From assembly GCA_040954595.2 (NCBI GenBank), contig CM082594.2, positions 2,064,247-2,128,246 of the forward strand: a stretch of 64,000 nucleotides of DNA, written 5' to 3'. Of the stretch, positions 53,764 to 64,000 are shown in pieces. This DNA is from Balanoglossus misakiensis. Taxonomy: Eukaryota; Animalia; Hemichordata. The first letter of the stretch is position 1; every line of letters begins with the position of its first letter. The notes under the pieces were generated by a model. That model did not search any database. It saw only the letters and a list, made by a program, of their open reading frames with translations, and was not told where the DNA came from. The position numbers were made by a program, and so were the translations under genes.

Positions 53764-54600
53764 TAGACCATGAGCCCCCCCCCCCCCCCCCCCCCTCCCC
53801 CCCAATTTTTGAGACAATGTTTTTCTGAAAGCCTATCATATACTGAGTAAAATTCACTTTGTTTGCCATCTGGGCACCGGGGCGTTTTCGAGTTATTGGC
53901 TTCTAAATTATATTGGGTAACGTATGTAGAAAAGCCTAAAAGTGCATATAAATTGACGTAGGGGGTAAATTAGTCTTGTAAAATACTGTCTCTCTGAATG
54001 TATACCTAGAACAACAGGGAAGTATTTGGTATCAAAAGAAAGCTTAATAAACAAGCTTTCCATTAATTACAAAATAAAAGTGATATGACAAATCATGACA
54101 TCATAGTGACGTCATAAGTCAAAATACCCTTACGAAAATGGTGTTCTGTTCACCTATAAATGTGAGGTTTTGCAAAACACGTCTCTGAGCAATTGTACTG
54201 ATGAAAACTGTGATGTGTTTGATATCAACAGAAAGCTGATTGAGTAAAGTATCTAATTATTGCAAACAATTGATATAATAATCAATTACGTCATCATTAC
54301 GTCATACTTCCAAGTACCCTTACCAATTAGTGACTATGATGACAAGTTATTACCCTAGGAGATAGGTGCCTTTAAATAAAAAAAAAATGGTAAGGAAGGT
54401 TTGTGAAGTCCATTCTATGTAAAAAATGGTGCTGATTCCAAAAAAGTCAGTCTTATTGACCCAACCCAAGACAAAATTGCTATTTTGGCACTTTTTAACC
54501 CAAAAAGGTCATTTTTAGAAAACACTAAAAACACACTGTTTCGTCACATTGGAAGATCTGATGACATATGATATGCCTATTCTATGTAAAATTTGCACAG
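53764..54600 (+). mobile_element. Left terminus of a large DNA-transposon-like element (possibly Academ-type); inner boundary unknown
   Basis: Begins tagaccatgagcc + poly-C; inverted copy of 1-530. Confidence 0.6.
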
Positions 54601-54951
54601 GGGATGGAACCATTTAAATAAGGGAATAGTAATTTCAGAGGTATTGTTAAATGAAATCGGAAACAGGACGAATCATGGCAACTTTATGAATACAACCATA
54701 GCAAAATTGTAATTAAAGTTGCCAAAGTCTATCATATGGATAAAAAAGACCAACTATTTAAATGAATTTTGTTCGAACTTTCGAGCCCCTCCTGCTCAAA
54801 ATTGACCCACCCCTGCAATGTTATCGACTCTCATGTCGCATCGCAGCAGTGTAGTGAGCAAAACTTATAATTATCAGATCAATTCGAAACTTTGGAAAGT
54901 GAACAAGTTTTGTTCCTCTGTGCTGCAAACTTATTTTGCCAACCGCCAACC

Positions 54952-57900
54952 ATGAGTTTGACATTTTGGTCTTTCGGCGAAGATGCAGGAAGAGTTTCCG
55001 TCAACATTGTGTGCACCAAAGATCAAATCAAAAAATGTCCTTTTGGAAGCGTGATCGCATTGTCAGCTTCCACTGAAGATGAAGCAGTTGTGAAGGTGAG
55101 CGAATAATAAGGTTGATTTTATTTCATATGTTTGTCACTAGATTTTAACAGTAATGTTTTTTATTTCATATTTTGCAAACGTTAGTACAGCAGTATTTCT
55201 CAAATTTTGAAATTTCCTGTCAAGAAATCTAAAAAATAATTCAATGTCATAAAATGGGATTATGGCGCCAAAAAATCAAAGGTGTTGGCATCCATACTGT
55301 AACTTGTGTAATAAGGCCTGGTGCAATCAAGTTGTGAAATCAAGTGTGAGTTTATGGTTGATTTTATTTCACTCACAGGTTTTCATTTTTAGTGTTTATT
55401 TTTATCAAAAAAATGCGAGGTTCGATAGAAAATTATTTTCACAGCTTTAAAAATTTCAAGTAACGAAAATCAGCTACATCAATTTAAAATTGAGAATTCT
55501 GAGAGGATTGGAACAAAGAATATATATAGAAAGTTAGCAATCGGCATACATGTATGACAGAATGCACATGCACGCGTCGCACCCAAAATTAAACGTCCAT
55601 CGCATGGACTTAGCACTGACCCGTTAAATAGATTTGCGCGTCGCCATTAAACTATCAGTCAAAGAAATCACTGGTCTTGTGGTTACTTATAAGTATTGAG
55701 GTTTAGTTACACGTTAAAACGTTCATGATTACGTATAACATTTTGTTCAGATTTTCACGATATTTTCTCGTACTTTTGGCGATCGATCTATGAAATGGCC
55801 ATTGTGACATAGTCAGGCTCCATGTTAATTGAATAATATCTGCCGTATGTGCCAGAACTAGCAGTATTCACGGTAGTCGAGCAACTTATGACACTGATGG
55901 TAATCTTAGAGAATGTTCATCACAGACACACAAAGAAATTAATTTAAGTGAAAATTATTTTAATTGCTCGTTGTTTTTAAACATTTTTATTCAAAACGCA
56001 CAACTAAACCGCGAAATTCATGCGTACGTATCTCTTCTATGACGTTCGATCAGTACGCGCAGTGTCTTTGTCACGTGATAACTTCGCGTACGTGAGATCG
56101 AGAGCAGACGTTTGGAACGGCAAGCGACACTTCTACGCGTAACCATGATTATTGTGTATTTTTCGGCTTTTCTCTATATTTTCTTTAATTTGGGCGATCG
56201 ATCTCTGAAAGTGCAATTGTGCCGTAGCCAGCATACATGTAGTATCTGGGGCGCCTTGTCAAGGTTGGTCGGTCGGGCGCCCTGTACACATGTACGCGTA
56301 CGCACGCTTGTATGCTGTAGCAGGACGCACAGTGATGTACGTGCGGTAACCTAGGCCACAAACTTGGCACGTGTCGGCCCTATAATTTATGCACGCAGAA
56401 GCCATTAGTAGGGCTTCCGGGTCATTTTCCTTGATGATATAACACACGAATTCGCTACCTTGTCTGTACTAATGTGTATTGGGGGGGGGACCACTTGCAA
56501 CACGATCTCTTTCATGATGTTTATGTACTTTATTCACTACGTTGTAAATGATTTTTTTTGTGTTGCACTGCACGTAAAAAATAAAATATCAAACGCAAGG
56601 GCCAAGCCCTGTGTTATCTGAATAATTTCAGCCGTATGTTCCAAACTGGCAGTATTTGCTGTTTTCCAAACATTAACACATTTAATTGCAAAATTCACGC
56701 ATCACTACGCGTACGCGTACGCCACTTGCTGACCAGACGTACACGTAATTATGTGTAACTAAACTTCTGTATTACGTGGAACCAAACCTCCCGGCCTATT
56801 TTGAAAATTGTAAAACCTCTCTGATCTCTCAATTTTCAATCGATTTGGACGGTTTTGGTAGATTATAATTTATACAAGTCATTGACAAGAATATAGATAT
56901 GCATGCTTTTCTAACTTCATGTATTAGATATCGCCATGAATCCCTACAAAATTTCACAAAATGACGAAGTGCATATATGTCATATCAAAAACTGTTTCTA
57001 CCTGGACAGATAAACTAATCAACTAAGCAATTTTGAAAATGTCTGTGTACGAAAAACCTGCATTGTCTGGTCCTTCAATGTGTCTGTCGAACAAAATCAA
57101 CTAAATGTTGCACTTTTATTGATTTTACAAATTATCCTTAGCAAATGTTTTGATGTCACTAGTTTTTGTTTTTCTTAACTATATTATATTTAAATAATAA
57201 CACATGATAGCGAGGGCAATATCACGATTTGAAGCCTGCACGTGGGATGGTGATCTCTGACTATAATATTGATGATGCCCGAGCCGCAGGCGAGGGTATC
57301 ATCAATATTGTGGTCAGAGATCACCAGCCCGAGGGCAGGCTTCAAATCGTGATGTTGCCCGAGCATCACGTGTTATTAATTTTATTACGCCGAACATTTG
57401 AACGTACATACAAGGCAGGCATAGAAGAACGTAGACGCACGTCCATATGTCGTATGTTGCTGAGAATGTAAAATGTCTCGATCTCCCAAGAATTATACGA
57501 TACCTACTTCGAACTTAGATTATTTTGAAAATACTGCACTGTTGGTTGCGATTTTGTTGTATTTACTGTCCGTTTGCGGTAAAATATCGTCCAGTTGAAC
57601 AGGTGTTAAGCCTATGTGTCGCTTTGAAGCCATAGATGCGGGAGTTGACTGATCGTGGAGGAAGCCATCGAACGACAGTTTGGAACGCGCAGAAGTCGCG
57701 CGCAGAACACCAAAACAACCCAGCGGGCAATATCAGCGCACGCGACAGGGCTTTATCAACTCTAGCCATGTTATATCACTTTTTTTTCTATATCACGTGA
57801 GCGCGTCTCAGCCAATCACGAATATGGTATAATACGTGAGGTGTAATAAAAAGACATCTGATAGAAGAGCACTTACCTGGCCTGGATGAAATGCACATAT

Positions 57901-60900
57901 TCTTGACAATTAATATAATGCTATATTTGTCTACTATTCACAGATAACATTCTCCTCATCCAAAGTGCTTGAATATAACATCATGGAGTACCATGAAGGG
58001 GATGGGGAGAACCCTTTCAATGAATTGGCATTTATCGATAATGCCACTTTGTTTGTGGACAGATACAATGCCATAGTAACCTCCATGGATAAGTCTGTAG
58101 ACTTGTTTTCCGACAGCGAGGATTCCATGGAGGTTGATGAGATTGCTCCTGTGCCATGTGGAAGGTAAATATTTTCTGAAGACAGTGTTTCTTGATGTCA
58201 AATTTACAACAAAGAGTGTACTCTGCAGAGAAGTTTAATTGTGGTGGAAGACAATGTGAAAACTAATGTGAAACAAATGAATTACGTAATGGTCAGTTGC
58301 AGCATAATGTTATTCCTGTTGCACAAATCAGTTCCACTAGACAAATTCAATTTCTGGTTCAATTAGAGCTGTGCATCATTTTGCATTTCCTTTTTAGGGG
58401 ACCAAGCGCCTGAGGGCGCTTGGTCCCCTTCTGTTATTGCTGGAGTTTTTCTTCTTTCTTCTTGAGTCGTTTTTTTTGCTCCCGTTTTTCTCAAAATCGA
58501 CGTGGCCTAAGACCTTGAAATTTGGCACGGTGATTGGGGCCCATGAGTACTGGTGCACCTGCCCTTTGAATTTGTAATTAGTCACGTGACTTGGTGGCTA
58601 TAATCGAGCGAAATTTTCAAATTGACCTTATTTGCACGTTAATGGGGGCATGTACATTCTTTTCGCGATTTTTGTAGACCATGTGGCCAAAATCCCCTGT
58701 GCCAAATTTCAAGGTCCTAGGCCACGTCGATTTTGAGAAGAAGATTTTTGTAGTATTTTTCGCATTTTTTGGTGGGCTGAGGACGGACACTGGGGCATCG
58801 GACTTTGACCATCATTACGTAATGTTGTGGAGATCCCATTAGTAGGCTACTCACTTCTGGCGGGTTGCAGTAGTCCTTGGAAAATCGGCTGAAATACGTA
58901 AACTGACCAGTGATTATTTTCCACGGAATGAATTTTGGGACAACACATTAACTGAGTTCAGGCTGTGTTAGGGCGTTTTATTGAATTATGCTGAGTTTGT
59001 TAGCTGTTGCCGTTCAAATCTTTCTATCCAGACCCGGCTACACTGGTTAACATTCAATGTAATGCGGCGGCGGACTTTGACCCTCAATCGCTAATGTGGC
59101 CGAAATACATCAGCAGACCAGTGATTTTCTTGCACGAAGGGAGTATGGAACCAGCAATAATCAGAGATCAGGCTTCTTTGCCGTTCAACAGTTCCTACTT
59201 CAGTCGTGACGTTGCAACTGGACGTTCAGTATGGGGGTCGGCCCACAGGTGGCCGTGGGGGTTATCAGGTCACCCGTAATGGCACGCAGCTTCATGCAGA
59301 TGTATGGGACCAAAATACTAGTAAGACGCCCGATTCGGGGGTCACCTGTGACACATGTGTAACTCAATTATGTGCATGCGTAATTGTGGAGTCAATGAAA
59401 GGGATGCTAGCGTGGTATTTGTTGCACATGGATCAATTTGAAGTCCGATTTTCCTGTCAAGTTATGGGCGACATTATGTGACATTTCACCTACTTTTGCT
59501 TAGTGAGCATCCACAGCAGATGCATGCAGCTTTGGCGTTGGGGGGGGGGGGGCATATACGGATGGGACCATAATGATATACCAAAGGCGGGGTCCCCTGT
59601 TGCACCTGCCTAAGTCATTGATTTTGTACATTTAATTGGACACTAACCAACAGGGCAATTGGTGTGGTTTTTGTTCCACAGGGACGAATGTAAGTGTCAG
59701 TTTGTTTTTGCCCAAATGTATAAGTTGATTTGGATGACCTTTGTCGTACAGTGCCATATCTCAGCCTGTTGTACAGGTGCAGCTTTGGTATTTGGAGGGA
59801 TGAAACTATCATGAAATGTCAAATACAGGGGGATACCTGCGACACCTGCTTGATTCATGTATTACGTGCATACCTAATGGTAGGCAAAGTGAAAGGGCTG
59901 CAAATGTAGGATTTGTTGCACATGACATAAGCAGGAATGAAAATTTTTTGTCAAATTTTTGGGTGACCTCAGGTTTCCATTGACCTGCTTTCCATATGTT
60001 AGCACGCACATCATATATAGCCAGGTGTTTGGAGGGGTAGGGTAGGACCCTCTGCGTCATGGGGGCCACCTGTAACTTATTCGCGTAACTCATTATTATG
60101 GCCATATCTAATTTGACAAACCCAAACAGCGAGGATTTTCCGTTGTCTTGAATATGAACCAAATAAGAATCCTAATTTTTGGCCCAATTTTTGGATACCC
60201 TCAGCTGACATTTGAAGTATACTTACTGAAGTACTTACAACGTAGAAGTTCACCTTTGATTGTTGTGTTTGTACTTGTAAGACATCCATTTCGGGTGGTT
60301 GCCTACTTCCCCATTTCTCTACATCCAGAGCAAATACAGCCTACGCATTTGAATGGTACAACCCTGAATGGAGTCTAATGGTTATTAACTCTATGCTTGG
60401 GCCCCTTCAATGCTGCTTGCAGCTTTAATTATTATTTTAATTTGAAACAAGACATGTACTTGTGCTTATCACCTTAATGGGTATTTGTCATTGTTCATGT
60501 GTGGATAATGGATCAGTATATGTTGGATACATTTATAAATAATTACATAGTTGCAACTGAAATTGTTATTGAGACTATCCTTAAGACCATACCAACAAAG
60601 TATACATATTAAGTCTTAAGGAGGGTCAAAAACAGTTTCATATAGCAACTAATGTGCTGATTCTCTGACTACAAGAGTACAATAATAGGATACTATGTAT
60701 ATTTAATAAGCACAATAACATTCATATAATACAGTTTGTATTTCAAACTAAAATCATCAAAATTGCCCACGGATGAAAAGCTTATGCTTGTAAGAATATA
60801 ATTAGGGCCCAAGCGCACGCAAGCGCTTGGGCCCTATTGGTTTCGTTGGAATTTTTCTTTCTTTCTTTCTTTCTTTATTCTTGTGTCAATTCTTTGGGCA

Positions 60901-63900
60901 ACGAGATCTCAGACACCGCTGCAGGTACACTTCTCAAACTTGCTACAGTGGTCAAGGTCAATGAGTAGATGTGCAGTGACCTGTGAATACTTAATTAGTC
61001 ACGTGACCTGGCGGCCATATTGGATTTTCTGAAAAAAATCAAATCTCAGATCTCAGAAACTTCAAGTCAGATCGACTTCAAATTTGGCATGCAGGTAGAC
61101 TACCTTCTACCCATCATTTGTGTAATTGGAAATTTTGCTGTCAATGTTGCAGTTTTTTTGCTACAGTTGTTTTTCTCAAATCTGGCTTAAATTTCAAAAA
61201 TCTTCTTCTCCAGAACCAGTGATAACCGAGACATGTGGTTTGGGGTATGTGGTCACCTAACTGATGTCTATCAAGTTTGATAAGAAGCATTGTGATTGGT
61301 CGGAGATTATGGCGGCCATATTGGATTTTCGAAAAACCATAGTTAAACTCCAAAAATCTTCTTCTCCAGAACGGGCGATGACTGAGTCGCAAGATTTGGG
61401 GAGTATGGTCACTACACTGATGTCTATCAAGTTTGCAAAGAGCATTGTGATTGGTCGAAGATTATGGCGGCCATATTGGATTTTGTAAAAAGCAGTGACA
61501 AATTGAAATTCCTTTTTCTAGTCTAAAAATTGATAGCATATAAATTCTTTTTATGGATATCAATCGTCATGTGACTAAAATATGTTACAATTTATTGGCG
61601 ATTTTTCACATGACCTTTGACCTACTTATCACGCGTTATTATTTCTGCATATCTAATTCCAGGCTAACCTATAAGGCTAGACGTTTGGTTTTTGATGAAT
61701 GTGGATTAGTGTGTGATCAAAATATTTTGCTACTTTTCATGACCCCTTTGACCACTGCTGACCTCATTAATTATGTGCATAGCTAATTACAGGCGAACCA
61801 ATAGAGCTAGAGGTTTGGTTTTTGTTGGACATGGACCAGTATGGGATCAAAATTTTTGCCCAAATTTTGGGTGACCTCTGGTGACCTTTGACCTACTTTC
61901 GCATATCTCAGCATCCAGAGCAGATACAGCCATGGCATTTGGCAGCATGGGACCAAAATGTAAAGCCACATTTTTTGGTCACCTGTTACACCTGCTGACC
62001 TCATTAAATATGCACATACCTAATTACAGGCGAACCAATAGAGCTAGAGTTTTGGTTTTTGTTGGACATGGACCAGTATGGGTAAAAAAAAAATTGCCCA
62101 AATGTTGGGTGACCTCAGGTGACCTTTGACCTACTTCACCCTATTTCAGCAGCAAAAATACATACGTCCTTGTTATGTCATGAGATAATACACCCGATAG
62201 AAAATTCTATTTCTTCTCATTCATACTGTGCATATATAATTCAAGATCAGCGCTTGGGCCCGACAATGCTGCTTGCAGCTTTAATTATATTTGTCATGAT
62301 ATCACATACTGCACCTTTAACAAGTGATTCACCTTTTTTTAGCTCAACACCTGTCACCATGGATGGGGAGGAAGAGGAAGACTTGGGGAGGTTTTGGGAA
62401 ATTGTGCAAATTTTCCGGAAATCGATTCTGGAAAAATATGGCAACCACGATCCCCCAAAGAAGGATAGGACATGGTCCGAGGATGCCAGACGAATTATTC
62501 AAGACTTCCCAGAGAACAAAAACAAACTGTATAAATCAAAAAAGGTAAGCATGAAGCATTCTTCTCTCACATACATGTAGGTATGGTTCTCTGTGTCAGT
62601 ACACTGTGCCATAGTGAGGACCGAACCATCATAGCTTTGTGTAGCAAACTCTTGCCAGGCAATGAGGTTGTGAGAGAATCTAAGATTTTATTTTGGGGGA
62701 AGGTAAGACAACTTTGCTGGCCCACCCCTGGTTATAATAACCGTACACTCCCTAACTTTGATGCATGGTTGAAGTTGTAAAGTGAGCTTCAACAATGTAT
62801 ACTGATTTTCAATGTTATGGACAGCCTGTTCAACTTTTTAAATGCTATCTGATAAAATTTTAACAGAGTTCCCTTTCACGTTCCTTTTGCAGGAAAAAGC
62901 ATGTGGTATACCAAATGAAAATTATTACACCCATATGGCAGTGGCCTTGTTTTCCAACCAGTTATTTTCTTTATCTAAAAGGATGGTTAAGTTGTACAAT
63001 GAGGGTGTACTGAGGGGACTCAGAAATGCATCAAACATTTGTAAACAAACAATGTTTCAAAATGCCAAGTATGTCCCTGAAGGCACCCTCATTGGTTTTT
63101 TGAACAAACTTATAGATCATAAAATAACTGTGCAACAGTTTAAAGAACTGTGTAAAGAAAACAAAACTCAGGTAAGTTTCTTTCAAATTTACTTATATTC
63201 ATCAGAAGATTATTTATTGGTGATCATGTCCTGTGGGAGCCAATTATCTATAGATGTGTAAAGGCCATGAAGAATCTTCTCTATAATACCATATGACTAA
63301 TGTAGTAATGGTTATTGGAAGCAACTGTTGCCAACTATGTGAGTGAGTGCTGCCAGTGTCATGAACAGTCTAATCAACCATCTAGTTTTCTTGAGAAAAC
63401 ACTGATATGACCAAGAAATATCCCTTATGATTGGCATCTTTCTAAAAAGCCTATGTGACATCATCACATCCTTCTCCCATACTTACCATCCTACATGTAC
63501 GTACTTCCAGAGACTTTCTCTCTTGTGCTCTACTGTACTTGTCACTAGATTATGAAAATCCAGCTAACTCACAATTCTTTTGAAAACGGGGTACCATATC
63601 AACACATACATGTTTATGTGGACCTCATACAGTTGTTTTGGGCTAATGTAGTTTATTTTTATAATTTTTCTTGTCATTTTCCTAATTTGTCACAAAGCTT
63701 CTTCTCTGAAATCGTTTACCAATGGTGCATGCAGTAAAATGTTGGATGGTGAATCCCCATTTATACATCTCACTGAGTTATGTTGAAAGTCCAGTATGAC
63801 ATAAAACATAACCACCATTTGAACATTTTGCTCAACTTAAAGCTGGAAAAAGGCGAACATGTATCCAACTTATATTTCTCTATATTATTTCTGCCATGCA

Positions 63901-63998
63901 AGACTCAACCTTCCAGTAACCTGAGAGCACAGGTGCAGGAGAAAGAAGACGAAATCAATGTTTTGAAAGAAACCATCAAAAATAATGATGCAGAGAAG
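54952..63998 (+). CDS. Uncharacterised multi-exon gene, 3'-incomplete; exons 54952-55095, 57944-58164, 62343-62544, 62893-63171, 63903-63998
   Basis: ccaaccATG start; all GT-AG introns with compatible phases (0,2,0,0); 314 codons with no stop; acidic linker, then a helical region and the start of a coiled coil. Confidence 0.7.
57193..57850 (+). mobile_element. Putative non-autonomous Crypton-like element with ~185-bp terminal hairpin
   Basis: Loop ccc-GA-gcc-GCA-ggc-GA-ggg; a further GA/GA and several G.T pairs in the stem; body ends gccaatcac...tggtataat. Confidence 0.65.
58392..60430 (+). mobile_element. Helentron-associated (HINE-like) element
   Basis: 5' ggggaccaagcgcc..ggcgcttggtcccc hairpin; 3' gcttgggcccc..aatgctgcttgcagctttaatt. 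Confidence 0.6.
60802..62287 (+). mobile_element. Helentron-associated (HINE-like) element with internal tandem repeats
   Basis: 5' agggcccaagcgc..gcgcttgggccct; 3' gcgcttgggcccgacaatgctgcttgcagctttaatt; internal units shared with 47830-48250. Confidence 0.65.
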
Positions 63999-64000
63999 GT

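Noticed and set aside
1-54291. One 54-kb transposon bounded by the inverted repeat pair
   Set aside because: The element tips face the intervening DNA and the bodies extend outward, so the pair does not enclose the region

Overview
AT-rich eukaryotic genomic DNA with spliceosomal introns. Gene and repeat content suggests a marine invertebrate (inference; species cannot be determined). The window is dense in transposons and most host-type genes are disabled: an acyl-CoA synthetase fragment, a frameshifted cytosolic sulfotransferase, a frameshifted C2H2 zinc-finger gene and an 8-exon internal fragment of INTS1 with in-frame stops. Two reading frames appear intact. One is a 3-exon Crypton-type tyrosine recombinase (459 aa by my splice model) whose catalytic Tyr lies beyond a GC-AG intron. 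The other is an unknown multi-exon gene (54952 to window end) that starts just inside the end of a large repeat. The most notable pattern is a hairpin at each end of the recombinase element and five long hairpins in unrelated non-coding elements. They share tandem GA/GA mismatches, usually with a C-GNA-G-type mini-loop, so they fold well on one strand only. One family occurs in two flipped loop orientations. This suggests a recombinase-mobilised element family using folded single-stranded DNA (hypothesis). All family assignments are from recalled motifs and manual reading, with no database searches.
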